From positions 1 to 64,000 of the IMG/VR virus record IMGVR_UViG_3300029288_000132: 64,000 bases of DNA; one strand, 5' to 3'. This document shows, piece after piece, positions 48,605 to 58,131 of the stretch (the first letter of the stretch is position 1; every line of letters starts with the position of its first letter). A program made the translations under genes and the position numbers. Under the pieces are notes generated by a model. The model was given only the letters and a program-made list of their open reading frames with translations, ran no database searches and was not told where the DNA came from. Source of the stretch: a virus. Its lineage: Duplodnaviria; Caudoviricetes.

Positions 48605-49600
48605 ATGCGAGATCTCAAATCCGAGTACCAAAGGCTCCATCAACATCGCATTGCTTTTAATTTATGTTTGATGTGTGGTGGTCCCCGTGATTCAGAAAAA
48701 TCGTCCTGCTCTAAATGTCTGACAAGAAAAAGCGAAAGACGAAAAGCTGCTCGTAAAGCTAGACAAGCTATTGGTGTCTGCTTATGTGGCCGACCAATTT
48801 CAAAAGGGAAGATGTGCGACAGATGTAAGGAGAAGAGTAAAAGAGAAAGAGTAATACACGACAAACGTTGGGCTGCTAAAGGACTTTGCCCTAGGTGCGG
48901 TAAAGATCCGCTCCCTGGTAAGATTTATTGTACTACTCACGCTACCTATCAAACGTCGATTATTATGAAACGATACAATAATCGCAGACTAAGCAACCAA
49001 TGTACTGTCTGTGGTAATGATTTGGTTGTTGGTGAATCGATACGTTGCAAGTCTTGCAACGGCATCCATGTAGAGGCCAGTAGACGCAAGTGGCACAGAG
49101 ATCGCAAGAAAGTTTTAGACCATTATGGTGCTAAATGTGCTTGTTGTGGTGAAACAACTTATGAATTCTTGGAGGTAGATCACATAGACGGAGACGGAGT
49201 AAAACACAGGAAAATTACTGGTAGACATATTACATCTTGGATTATTAGAAACAAGTTCCCAGATTGGCTAAGGTTATTGTGTGCTAATTGCAATCGCGGA
49301 ATCGGCCATTATAAAACATGTCCGCATAAAACAGAACCACAAATGCCGCATTCTCCATCTGGTAGAAGGGCCAGAAACAGACGCTTAAAAGTTATCGCTC
49401 ATTATGGCGGCAAATGCGTTTGTTGTGGCGAATCGAATTGGGCTTTTCTAGAATTCGACCATATCAATAACGACGGTGCCAAGCATCGTAAAGCAATAGG
49501 GCAGTTAAAGCCAGAGTGGATTATTGCAAACGGCTATCCTGATTATCTACAATTATTGTGTGCTAATTGCAATAAAGCTAAAGGTCTTTATGGCAATTAG
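48605..49600 (+). CDS. Free-standing endonuclease with CxxC repeats and two HNH-like domains
   Basis: YGAKCACCGE...LEVDHID...LLCANCN and YGGKCVCCGE...LEFDHIN...LLCANCN. Start revised to ATG 48605. Confidence 0.85.
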   Translation: MRDLKSEYQRLHQHRIAFNLCLMCGGPRDSEKSSCSKCLTRKSERRKAARKARQAIGVCLCGRPISKGKMCDRCKEKSKRERVIHDKRWAAKGLCPRCGKDPLPGKIYCTTHATYQTSIIMKRYNNRRLSNQCTVCGNDLVVGESIRCKSCNGIHVEASRRKWHRDRKKVLDHYGAKCACCGETTYEFLEVDHIDGDGVKHRKITGRHITSWIIRNKFPDWLRLLCANCNRGIGHYKTCPHKTEPQMPHSPSGRRARNRRLKVIAHYGGKCVCCGESNWAFLEFDHINNDGAKHRKAIGQLKPEWIIANGYPDYLQLLCANCNKAKGLYGN

Positions 49601-49637
49601 CACACAATAATTGTAGATAATCACCTATGATATAGGA

Positions 49638-49659
49638 AGGGCCAGCTTTCGCTGGCCCT
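49638..49659. terminator. Hairpin between converging sheath and HNH genes
   Basis: agggccagc-tttc-gctggccct, 9-bp stem. Confidence 0.65.
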
Positions 49660-49676
49660 CTTGTCACATCATCGGA

Positions 49677-52520
49677 CTATCTCCCGCTCACCACAACTCC
49701 GCCTGCTGCCAGGACTTCCTCGGAACTGAACGATGCCGAAGATTGCATGACTACCAGGTTGAGCACGATGAATTCAATCGCACGCGTCGGTTTGATGAAC
49801 ACCGACACCCATAATTGGTTCATGTCACGCCGCTGTGGAGTGTTATTCGACTCATCGCACACCACATTGTAAGCATCCAATCCACGTCGGGCTTGAATGT
49901 CAGCCATGAATGGATTGATAAGCGTTCGAACTTGTGCCCAAGTCGTAGAGTCGTTCGGCTCAAACACAAAAGCCCGAAGTGTCTGTACCAAATTCTTCTT
50001 TAGGTAGATCAGCAGCATCCGTACATTAACCCGGTCGAGAGCCGTCTCGGTACGCTGTAGCGTCCGCTGGCCGAAGACCACGATACCATCCTTCGGGAAT
50101 GCAACCAATGGGTTTACGGCATTGCCGCTACCATATAACAAGTCACGCTCGCCTTGACTCGGGTTGTATTCGACAGCCAAAGGCGTCAGCAACTTGCCAC
50201 GATTGATACCAGCGGGAGCCATCCACTGATCGGCCACTCTCGACGTACGAGCGAAAACCGAACCAACATGCCCAGATGGCGGAACCCAGATGTTTTGTTT
50301 GCTGAATTGATCGTAGATTTCTAACCAGCCCCAGTATAGAGCACCGTAGCTGCTATTGATTGCATGAGACAAATCAGAAAGCAACATGCCGTTATGCCAG
50401 TCGACGACCTGCTGTGGCCGAAGTCCAAACGGAGGATCAACCAAATAGAGCACATCACCACGGCTTTCGCACAGTTGCAGACCTTGACCGATCACCGCAC
50501 CAGATGTCATACCAGGGATGATGAGCAAGTTGATGTCGAATGTCTCGGAGTTCTGGACACCGTACATGCCGCTCGAATCTTGCGGATTGCCGATAATTGC
50601 GGCATCGAGTTCGCTCGAAAACGCTGGATCGGCAGGAATACCATTAGCACCGCCGCTGAATATATGGCTCGTAAGCTGGGCTGGTTGCCTGACTTCATAG
50701 GTGCTCGGATCGAGTTCGTCATTGTTCAAGAATGCCGGGCGATCCTCCCAGTTGACGTAATCGTTACCGTTAGTACCGCCATAAACAGTACCAGGATTCA
50801 AGACATTTCCGATATAACGAGCATCGGTCTTGTCAAAGCTGATGTTCTGTACATTATCAGCAGTAGCACCATTCGGATCAGTAACAACCAATTGATAGCG
50901 TGCAGCTGGATTACCAGCGATTTGCGTTTGCAGAGCAAGTGTCAGAGTATAATCATCAAGCCACGTTCCGGCACTTGTCGCAACAAACCAACCGACAATG
51001 TTTTGGAAATATGCAGCATCCAAAGCACATTCTGGGCCGCTCGGATCTAACTCGCAGGACAACGGCACGGCGGGTGTCACTTCGCCAGTTGCCGGTAGTG
51101 AGACGCGACTATCATAGAACCCACGGTATGCCTTCGTGTATGGTGAAAGAATACCAAGCTCTTCTGCAAACGTCAACGTCTTAAGATTCGAATAACTGGC
51201 TTTTAGCTGTAGCTGATCCAATTGGTGTGAATCAGACGTCACGATAACGACATGCTGGATATTTCCAGGAGCCGTGATTGCAAACGATGTGAAGTACGTG
51301 TCGCCAGCATATGTGCCATTTCCATTGATCGCAGCCGCAATTGTGGCAGCAGATAAATTTGTCCCTGTCAAAATCGTGAAAGCGATGCTGACCGTCGTGC
51401 TTCTATCTGCCGGAATTATGTCGATTGCGATGCGATTGCTTTGGCTGTTGATGAAGTACGGCTCGGCGTCGGTCCCAAACAGGAAGCTACGTGGGATATC
51501 ATAGACGTATTGTTCTGTTCCGACTTCCTTCGCAAAGGCACACGAGCTGGTGAGTTGAATGCGATGGCCAGCTACTTTCGTGCGAAGTTCCGGATAACCA
51601 TCACTATTAACAACAGCAACATAATCCTCGACGGTGACGAGCAAATTGATCGCATCGACGAGATCAGCCGCAGTCGTATAGGTAGCGGCTGGCATAATAT
51701 AAGGACTGCCAGTACCCTCAACTTCAACCTCGAATGCCCTATTGTATGGCTTAGCGGTGAAAGAGAATACATCATTGGTATCCAGCCGTCCACTCGTAAC
51801 CAGGATGTTGCAGACGAGCCCTTCACCGATTTCGATGTTGGTGCTGGTACCGGGTACCTTCTCGGATAAAACACCACTGACCATCAAAGCACTGTCTCGG
51901 CTACGGAATAATTGGAATGTGGCTCCGCTGATGGCGAACCCAGTATCTGGCCTTCCGGTGATGAACAAAGAGAAAGTGTCGTCGAGACAGCCGGTGTAAC
52001 TGTCGCTCAAATCAGTTTCACCGTCGAATTGTAATGTCGCGTCTGTTGGGCCTTCCGTAACTGACACACTCACATCAGTGAATTCGATGTTTTCGACCCC
52101 AGCGTCATGGAATATGACGGGGGATGACGTAGACACAGCCCTCAGTTGAAGCTTGCCGTAATCGATTCCAGTGAAGACCGGAATACGGCTCCAACCGTTG
52201 ATTCGGCTCCCAGATGTATCGATACAGACATCATTCAGTTCATCAGGCTGACCATCTTGGCATTCAATGCCAACTCGAATGACATATGCTTGGTTGCTCT
52301 CTTCCAAGTAAGCAAGCACCGCATACATCAAATAGCTCTCGACAAACGGCTCACCGAAGATGTCGATTGCCTGTTGTGCACCTGTCACAAAGGTCGGAGT
52401 ATTCATAGGACCTTTTTTGGCGGTGCCGACAAAAGCCGCACGGAGTGGTCCGGCGTTGCCAGTGACTGCGCTAAGGTCTATTTCCCTTGGATAAACACCA
52501 GGGCTCAGATATGTGGGCAT
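49677..52520 (-). CDS. Tail sheath protein (gp18-like)
   Basis: YLSPGVYPREID, GTAKKGP, VPPSG, WMAPAGINRG, RDLLY..GNAVNP, VFGQRTL, RVNVRML, VFEPND, KPTRAIEFI. Confidence 0.96.
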   Translation of the reverse strand: MPTYLSPGVYPREIDLSAVTGNAGPLRAAFVGTAKKGPMNTPTFVTGAQQAIDIFGEPFVESYLMYAVLAYLEESNQAYVIRVGIECQDGQPDELNDVCIDTSGSRINGWSRIPVFTGIDYGKLQLRAVSTSSPVIFHDAGVENIEFTDVSVSVTEGPTDATLQFDGETDLSDSYTGCLDDTFSLFITGRPDTGFAISGATFQLFRSRDSALMVSGVLSEKVPGTSTNIEIGEGLVCNILVTSGRLDTNDVFSFTAKPYNRAFEVEVEGTGSPYIMPAATYTTAADLVDAINLLVTVEDYVAVVNSDGYPELRTKVAGHRIQLTSSCAFAKEVGTEQYVYDIPRSFLFGTDAEPYFINSQSNRIAIDIIPADRSTTVSIAFTILTGTNLSAATIAAAINGNGTYAGDTYFTSFAITAPGNIQHVVIVTSDSHQLDQLQLKASYSNLKTLTFAEELGILSPYTKAYRGFYDSRVSLPATGEVTPAVPLSCELDPSGPECALDAAYFQNIVGWFVATSAGTWLDDYTLTLALQTQIAGNPAARYQLVVTDPNGATADNVQNISFDKTDARYIGNVLNPGTVYGGTNGNDYVNWEDRPAFLNNDELDPSTYEVRQPAQLTSHIFSGGANGIPADPAFSSELDAAIIGNPQDSSGMYGVQNSETFDINLLIIPGMTSGAVIGQGLQLCESRGDVLYLVDPPFGLRPQQVVDWHNGMLLSDLSHAINSSYGALYWGWLEIYDQFSKQNIWVPPSGHVGSVFARTSRVADQWMAPAGINRGKLLTPLAVEYNPSQGERDLLYGSGNAVNPLVAFPKDGIVVFGQRTLQRTETALDRVNVRMLLIYLKKNLVQTLRAFVFEPNDSTTWAQVRTLINPFMADIQARRGLDAYNVVCDESNNTPQRRDMNQLWVSVFIKPTRAIEFIVLNLVVMQSSASFSSEEVLAAGGVVVSGR

Positions 52521-52650
52521 TGTCTAATCTCCGTTGTCGAGTACCAAACTATCATAGATTTGCCGACAACCAGGGGCGACGGAGCAAATCACAATTTCTC
52601 TTTATCAGCTCAATATTACAGAACTGATAGTCGTCCTAAACTATATTTAG
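52521..52650 (-). promoter_or_regulatory. Sheath leader: TAAATA late promoter plus a structured 5' UTR
   Basis: TAAATA at 52644-52649; inverted repeats that overlap the SD GGAG at 52529-52532. Confidence 0.55.
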
Positions 52651-52700
52651 CTCGATATCTATAGCAATCCACAAAATGCCGCACTATTCGTGTGCAGATA

Positions 52701-52952
52701 TTAGCTTGGAGTAGCGACGGTCTTTTCGCTGTCGTGTAGAATTCTTATCATTCGCTTAGTGGTCAAGTTAGAAATTTGCGAATCGTTTAAGAAATTCTTT
52801 GGCAGTCGAACCGTTCTGCCCGGTCTGAGATAGATTGTTTGTTCATGCAGGAAAAAATCACCCCCAGGTGGCCTAACAGAAATGGGTATCATCTGGCGGC
52901 TAGAGTTATAAATCTGCACGACAAAGCTTGCTTCTCTGGTAGGTTGTTTCAT
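52701..52952 (-). CDS. Small hypothetical protein (probably structural)
   Basis: TAAATA at 52992-52997; lies between the terminator and sheath genes. Confidence 0.6.
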   Translation of the reverse strand: MKQPTREASFVVQIYNSSRQMIPISVRPPGGDFFLHEQTIYLRPGRTVRLPKNFLNDSQISNLTTKRMIRILHDSEKTVATPS

Positions 52953-53014
52953 AAACTTACCTTATTGATGGAACGATAATTACCATGCCACTATTTACAT
53001 CTCAGATCTTCTAT

Positions 53015-53887
53015 CTACACATCCCAACCGCCAGATGCTGGGTTACAAAATAATTTGGTTGTATCTCCACGACCGATAGATAATAGTTGGTTCGTGCTAG
53101 ATTCCCTAATGACATTAACGTGGCCAAGTATAGTTGGTACTATAAGCTCTGGTAGTGGCAACCACGCTTCGGCAGTCATAGAGAATTCATATCGCGTCTT
53201 AGCTTTTTGGTCGAAACCAGCCTCTTTTTCACTAGTATCGGCAGACCCCTCGAACCTCAGCTGCACACTACCTTGAAGATGCTGGTCACTCATCACAAAT
53301 TCTGCCAATGGATTAAAACGTGTCAGAATTTGTTCAAGCGCATTATCTGCGTCTCTCTTCCAAGACGCCCATATTGTCATAGTATACTTAACCAAGAATG
53401 GTACTGGTCGTCTGATTAGAGCAACACGGTCCATGCGGCTACTGGTATATCTGCGAGCCATAGTTAGCACTGGCGAGCTAAACTTCTGTGGGTTAAATTC
53501 ATGGCTCAATCTATTTATAGAAGCGACTGGGAATTTTACTCTACCATCCTTCAACTGATCTCGCCAAATAAGAATACTTTTATCGCCACCAGCTATCTTG
53601 ACTCTCATAAATCGATAAGAATCTTTAGTCGGCACCCTAATACCAGACCAATATGTCTTCATGGCTTCATCTAGTGCATGAAAGCCAGGCATTAAAAATT
53701 CTTGAACGAACTCTGGCTGTGTTCCTAATGGTTCGCCATATATCTTACTGCGACCACCTTGAACATCGCTGCTTTGTGCGACAGCTATTGGCACTAGGTC
53801 TATCTGCGGCTTTAGTTCTGGCCCAGGAACAGGGCGAGATGTTTTCACCTGTTCAAGCACATCAGGTGTAAATTCATAGACAGCCAT
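53015..53887 (-). CDS. Tail terminator / sheath stabiliser (gp15-like)
   Basis: VKFPVASINR, RPVPFLVKYTMTIW, EQILTRFNP, YEFSMTAEAWLP. Confidence 0.75.
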   Translation of the reverse strand: MAVYEFTPDVLEQVKTSRPVPGPELKPQIDLVPIAVAQSSDVQGGRSKIYGEPLGTQPEFVQEFLMPGFHALDEAMKTYWSGIRVPTKDSYRFMRVKIAGGDKSILIWRDQLKDGRVKFPVASINRLSHEFNPQKFSSPVLTMARRYTSSRMDRVALIRRPVPFLVKYTMTIWASWKRDADNALEQILTRFNPLAEFVMSDQHLQGSVQLRFEGSADTSEKEAGFDQKAKTRYEFSMTAEAWLPLPELIVPTILGHVNVIRESSTNQLLSIGRGDTTKLFCNPASGGWDV

Positions 53888-54222
53888 TATTTGCCACCTT
53901 TACTCAGAAATGCTACTAAGTTTCCTGGTACTGGTCCTACACAAGTACCAGATGGCGTAGCACCGATGCGATCCATTAAATCTTTGAATTCTTCTACTAT
54001 CGTATTGTGCTCTAATTTATCAACCCATTCTTGGATCTGTAATGAAATCATAGTCCCAGAAGACGTCTGATCGATCGAGACAGTAACACTGTCTTTCGAC
54101 CCCAGTCCTAAAAGCTCCTTACGAAGATTGGTGCGGAATGCACTACCAACAATACCAGCACGGCTATCTAGATCGAGAGCGATTTGCCCTATTAATTCTC
54201 TCGGATTTGAAAATTCTTTCAT
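53887..54222 (-). CDS. Hypothetical protein
   Basis: Start revised to MKEFSNP (ATGA overlap with the upstream stop). Confidence 0.55.
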   Translation of the reverse strand: MKEFSNPRELIGQIALDLDSRAGIVGSAFRTNLRKELLGLGSKDSVTVSIDQTSSGTMISLQIQEWVDKLEHNTIVEEFKDLMDRIGATPSGTCVGPVPGNLVAFLSKGGK

Positions 54223-54572
54223 GATAGTCGTGATCTGATATATTTCAACACATCGACCCAATCAACATCTAAGTGTAATCCAACGTAGTAGGTATCACCA
54301 TTGTGCGTACTATGATCGACAAACCCACCGTCAGCTAACAGCTTTGTGGCGATACGAGTATTATCACCAACAAACGTTAAATATGGTTCCATCCATTCAT
54401 CTACGTGCTCATATTGAGTACCTGGCGCATGACCCATGCATGAGCTAATGGTTTTGAAACCAGCCTTATTTAATAGATGGATCGTATCGATGAAGTTTGG
54501 GTCTTTATCCCAATATTTTGGATCAGCGGTATCGCTAGCAATGCTGTTCTCGTGAATGGCTCTTAACTTCAT
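54219..54572 (-). CDS. Hypothetical protein with MKLRAIHE leader and a TYW3-N-like motif
   Basis: DTIHLLNKAGFKTISSCMGH. Confidence 0.5.
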   Translation of the reverse strand: MKLRAIHENSIASDTADPKYWDKDPNFIDTIHLLNKAGFKTISSCMGHAPGTQYEHVDEWMEPYLTFVGDNTRIATKLLADGGFVDHSTHNGDTYYVGLHLDVDWVDVLKYIRSRLS

Positions 54573-55174
54573 CCATCGACCTCATCCGTATATTCGTCAG
54601 TACTAGTAACGATGTCTTGTGCTGGGCGTAGATTGACGTCACCGACGATAAGAGTAGTCACGCATTTCAAGTAGAGCCAGGTATATCTAAAATTTCCGAT
54701 TTCAGAAGCATTATCGATCATGAAATATTTCGGCTTCTGCTGCGATTGTGAATCGAACGGCAATTCTATCAGATCACCAGGGCGAAATAACCTATTTGGT
54801 GCGGCTTCTACGACTTGTTCAAGTGCAAAAACGATTTCTTGCTTATTCGGGCAATCAACACCCCATAGCGTAAGCTCGTATTCCATCGGATTAGGGACGA
54901 AGAATCCTTTGAGAGTTATCGGGCTCCAATAAGTTGGATCTGCGTCTTCGTCGAATGTCTTATCATGATCCATATTGTCCGTTCTCGTGTGAATCCGGAC
55001 AAGAGCACCATTAACTTGGATCATCTCTAGTGCAATTTTCTTAGCTAGCCCTATATCCGATGAATCTACATCATGAGCTTGGAATAGTGGATTGAACTGT
55101 TCCACATCGCTACGAAAATCGGTCTGTAAACCAGTCGGCCCCTGCTCATTGATAGAACTAAAACTATAAATCAT
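54569..55174 (-). CDS. Neck / head completion protein (gp14-like)
   Basis: LALEMIQVNG-like segment, LTLWG...Q, RPGDLIELP, WLYL.C; near the gp13-like gene. Confidence 0.65.
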   Translation of the reverse strand: MIYSFSSINEQGPTGLQTDFRSDVEQFNPLFQAHDVDSSDIGLAKKIALEMIQVNGALVRIHTRTDNMDHDKTFDEDADPTYWSPITLKGFFVPNPMEYELTLWGVDCPNKQEIVFALEQVVEAAPNRLFRPGDLIELPFDSQSQQKPKYFMIDNASEIGNFRYTWLYLKCVTTLIVGDVNLRPAQDIVTSTDEYTDEVDG

Positions 55175-55180
55175 ATCTTA

Positions 55181-55708
55181 TCACATCGACAAAGGAATGT
55201 CATCTGTCGGCGCTGGACTGTCACGCGGGTCGTTTCCGTAATAATACGGACCAAACAAAAGTGATGGAGCAATACCAAAAACCTTGCCTTCTGGAACATA
55301 ACATTTCACCGGTGGCGGCATTTGTTGCTGGAAATTCTTCGACGGGCACCACCCCTGATCTGAAACAATACAACTAGGTTGCTGGTCTACTTCTTCATCA
55401 GAGTCAGCAAGGCTCCGAAGAATTGCATAATAATCTGGCATTGGAACACATGGACAATCGACATAATGTGGCGGTAGAACAAACCATTTCTGTGTCGACC
55501 CATTAGATTGTCCTGCATTCCATTGCCATTCGATTGTCGATCCTGGAATTGCAGCTAACGCAACTGACAATTTCACATACGCACTCTTGCATCTGTGCAT
55601 CCAAGAAAGGCTGGTAGTGGTAAACGACGCTTCAGGTTCACAACCTGGTACTGCAACACTGTCTGCGCCAACCACTTCCAATTTATTAGCTATATAGATC
55701 TGTCGCAT
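55181..55708 (-). CDS. Hypothetical Cys/Pro-rich protein
   Basis: ORF with SD GAGGT within the late cluster. Confidence 0.55.
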   Translation of the reverse strand: MRQIYIANKLEVVGADSVAVPGCEPEASFTTTSLSWMHRCKSAYVKLSVALAAIPGSTIEWQWNAGQSNGSTQKWFVLPPHYVDCPCVPMPDYYAILRSLADSDEEVDQQPSCIVSDQGWCPSKNFQQQMPPPVKCYVPEGKVFGIAPSLLFGPYYYGNDPRDSPAPTDDIPLSM

Positions 55709-55783
55709 GGCAGCCTTACCTCGCTACCATATATTTCAACTAGAACGCATTCTTTCTTCAAGCCTATCAGCTATAGCATTAAT

Positions 55784-56248
55784 TTAACAGTCGGCGACCG
55801 AATCTTCACTTTCGCCTATATGACCGGCAGATAGGGAGCCACGTAGATTACTATTTTGTATTAGCTGATCGGCCTTACTCTTGATATCTTTCAGTCTAGC
55901 AATAGCCTCGCCAAGAGAACCGGTGACAAAGAAATCCTCTATTCCTAGTATCCCAGCCAAGCTATTTTTACCAGTTTGGCTTATATCGCTAGGAATTTGA
56001 ATTCTAACTCTGTCGTCGTCCTCGATAGTAACCATTATCGTCTGAGATTCTGGGGTCAGAGCATTCTGTCCAGCTTCTATATAGACAATGGCGTCGTCTG
56101 TCGGGCTTTCTGCTGGTTTCATGCTTGGTTTGCGAAAGCCAAGAGCACGTAATGCAGATACCAATTTATCAGCCAACGAATTCTTCAATATGGCAATATT
56201 GCCCAGCTCAGATGCAGCAATACCTTCGGTTAACATGTTAAGTCGCAT
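55784..56248 (-). CDS. Hypothetical protein with MRLNMLTE leader
   Basis: Late cluster; N-terminal motif shared with neighbours. Confidence 0.6.
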   Translation of the reverse strand: MRLNMLTEGIAASELGNIAILKNSLADKLVSALRALGFRKPSMKPAESPTDDAIVYIEAGQNALTPESQTIMVTIEDDDRVRIQIPSDISQTGKNSLAGILGIEDFFVTGSLGEAIARLKDIKSKADQLIQNSNLRGSLSAGHIGESEDSVADC

Positions 56249-56257
56249 AATATAGAT

Positions 56258-56530
56258 TTAACTTGATGGTTCTACTACATCGAAGAATTTCTTTACAGCA
56301 CCCGATAACGTTTTAGCTGATTGATAACAACGATGTGTGTTGCAATAGTAATAGGTCTCACCACGCACAACTGCTTTTTTGATAGCCGGGCTTGGCTTGC
56401 CGTTGGAACCAAAGTGCCAAACAGCCTGAGCGGCCATAATCCGTTCACGCTCCGCGTCTGTTAATTCTACCTTATTCTTCTCTAGAGTATCAAATTGCGG
56501 ACCGGACTCACTCAATAAATATAATCGCAT
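56258..56530 (-). CDS. Hypothetical protein with MRLYLLSE leader
   Basis: Start revised to the ATG directly after the upstream stop at 56532. Confidence 0.6.
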   Translation of the reverse strand: MRLYLLSESGPQFDTLEKNKVELTDAERERIMAAQAVWHFGSNGKPSPAIKKAVVRGETYYYCNTHRCYQSAKTLSGAVKKFFDVVEPSS

Positions 56531-56531
56531 A

Positions 56532-56732
56532 TCATTCCTGTTTACCAGCACGAAAGAATGCATTGACACCACTGACCGCAGCCGAGCTAACAAAGAATAT
56601 CAGCAGAGTCAGAAACGTCTTCGACGTTATCTCTGGATCAATGTTTGTCCAGATCATAGCTAAGCCAAGTAATGCACTGATAACAATCGTCACAATGCAA
56701 ACCGCAAAACACACCTTATTCAATGGACTCAC
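56532..56732 (-). CDS. Small two-TM membrane protein
   Basis: Two hydrophobic helices. Confidence 0.6.
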   Translation of the reverse strand: MSPLNKVCFAVCIVTIVISALLGLAMIWTNIDPEITSKTFLTLLIFFVSSAAVSGVNAFFRAGKQE

Positions 56733-56772
56733 AATACACCTCCTATTGTTATTCTACACTATCTCTATCGGG

Positions 56773-57534
56773 TTACGCTTTCACGATGGGCATAGGCTCT
56801 CCAAGATGGATCGCTTTCTCTATGATGGCGAGTTTTTCTTCTTTTCCTTCTGCCGCAAGTGCTTCTCCGTCTAATGCTAGGCTGCCGCCATCAGGCATCG
56901 GTATCCCGGCAATCTTGCGACGTGCAGCTCCGACCATTATCTTAGTCTCAGCAAGCAACATCTCCGAGGCTAGTAGTTTGGCTTGCGGGCTACGGAAATG
57001 TGTAATAGTCGGGTAATACAAAACAGTTACCGGGAAAGCACCTTTGGGCGTCGGATATAGTCTGATTAGCTGATCACCAGGACCATCACCACCTTCGTTA
57101 AGCACATCCCAATGCCCTATAGTTCCAAGAATCTGTTGTGAAGATCGGCGATACGCTTGCAATAAATAATAATCAGTAAGGATGTTCTGAATACCAGAGA
57201 TATTACCGATATTGAACAAAAAGCTCTCAGCACCGAATACGTCATCGATACGTGTCGTAACTGGATCCCACTGCACCTCTTGAATCCAATAAGCGTCTTC
57301 TGGCATCGGGTATGTCGGTACCAGTGGCTCTGTGTAGAAGAGAGCCAGTTTTTGCTCTCTTGGGAAATAACCGCTGATGAAATCGCAAGTAACGCGCAGA
57401 GCTATCTCGAATTGGGCTTCCGTCACCTCAACATTCACTGCAGGATGACCAAGTTGAGCTAGAACATATGCCTTCATTGGGTTCGGATTCAATTTCAGAA
57501 CCACAGGCAAATCACTCGGTCCGATAATGGCCAT
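56773..57534 (-). CDS. Neck protein / head-tail adaptor (gp13-like)
   Basis: YVLAQLGHP.VNVEV, IRLYPTP, G.ARRK..GIPMPDGG.LALDG..L..EG; TAAATA at 57556-57561. Confidence 0.85.
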   Translation of the reverse strand: MAIIGPSDLPVVLKLNPNPMKAYVLAQLGHPAVNVEVTEAQFEIALRVTCDFISGYFPREQKLALFYTEPLVPTYPMPEDAYWIQEVQWDPVTTRIDDVFGAESFLFNIGNISGIQNILTDYYLLQAYRRSSQQILGTIGHWDVLNEGGDGPGDQLIRLYPTPKGAFPVTVLYYPTITHFRSPQAKLLASEMLLAETKIMVGAARRKIAGIPMPDGGSLALDGEALAAEGKEEKLAIIEKAIHLGEPMPIVKA

Positions 57535-57563
57535 ATATGCAACTCCTCTGAGATATATTTAAA

Positions 57564-58118
57564 CTAAGACGCTCGCTCTTCTTGTGCTCTTTTCCATAAT
57601 TCAATTGCTTGGGCTCTTGCCATTTCATCTAGCGAGCCGAAGACGTTATCTTCTAAATATTGCAATGAAATGTCGTTTCTCTTAACTAGCTCTATAAAAT
57701 CAGCACGATGTCTAAATTGGCTAATACCAGCTTCAATCTTCATCACAAGCAATTGCGGTAAATCTATTACTTTCAACCCAGCTTTAGTATTAGATGGTTT
57801 CTTGAACGTAGTATGTCGGACTTTGAGACCACTATAATATAATTGTATGGTATAGCCAGATAATGAAAACTTATTGTTCTTACCAAGACTGTCACCACCA
57901 TTCTTAATAATTGCATTTGCAACTTTATCGTAATCGGATCTGTCGATTAATATATCGACGTCTTCGGTATTTCTAGTATAATTATATGAACCTAGCGCTA
58001 CGCCACCTATGAGATCTGCTGGGACGCCAGCCTGCTGTAATATAATATTGAGAGTGTCTATGACCTTATGACGGTTCTCAAACAATGTCATAGATATTGA
58101 TAAGTCATGTAGATTCAT
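57564..58118 (-). CDS. Nucleotidyltransferase (AbiEii/DUF6036-like)
   Basis: LIGGVAL...Y.R.TEDVDILI, LLVMK, RHRADF. Confidence 0.75.
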   Translation of the reverse strand: MNLHDLSISMTLFENRHKVIDTLNIILQQAGVPADLIGGVALGSYNYTRNTEDVDILIDRSDYDKVANAIIKNGGDSLGKNNKFSLSGYTIQLYYSGLKVRHTTFKKPSNTKAGLKVIDLPQLLVMKIEAGISQFRHRADFIELVKRNDISLQYLEDNVFGSLDEMARAQAIELWKRAQEERAS

Positions 58119-58131
58119 GACTTATCTACAA

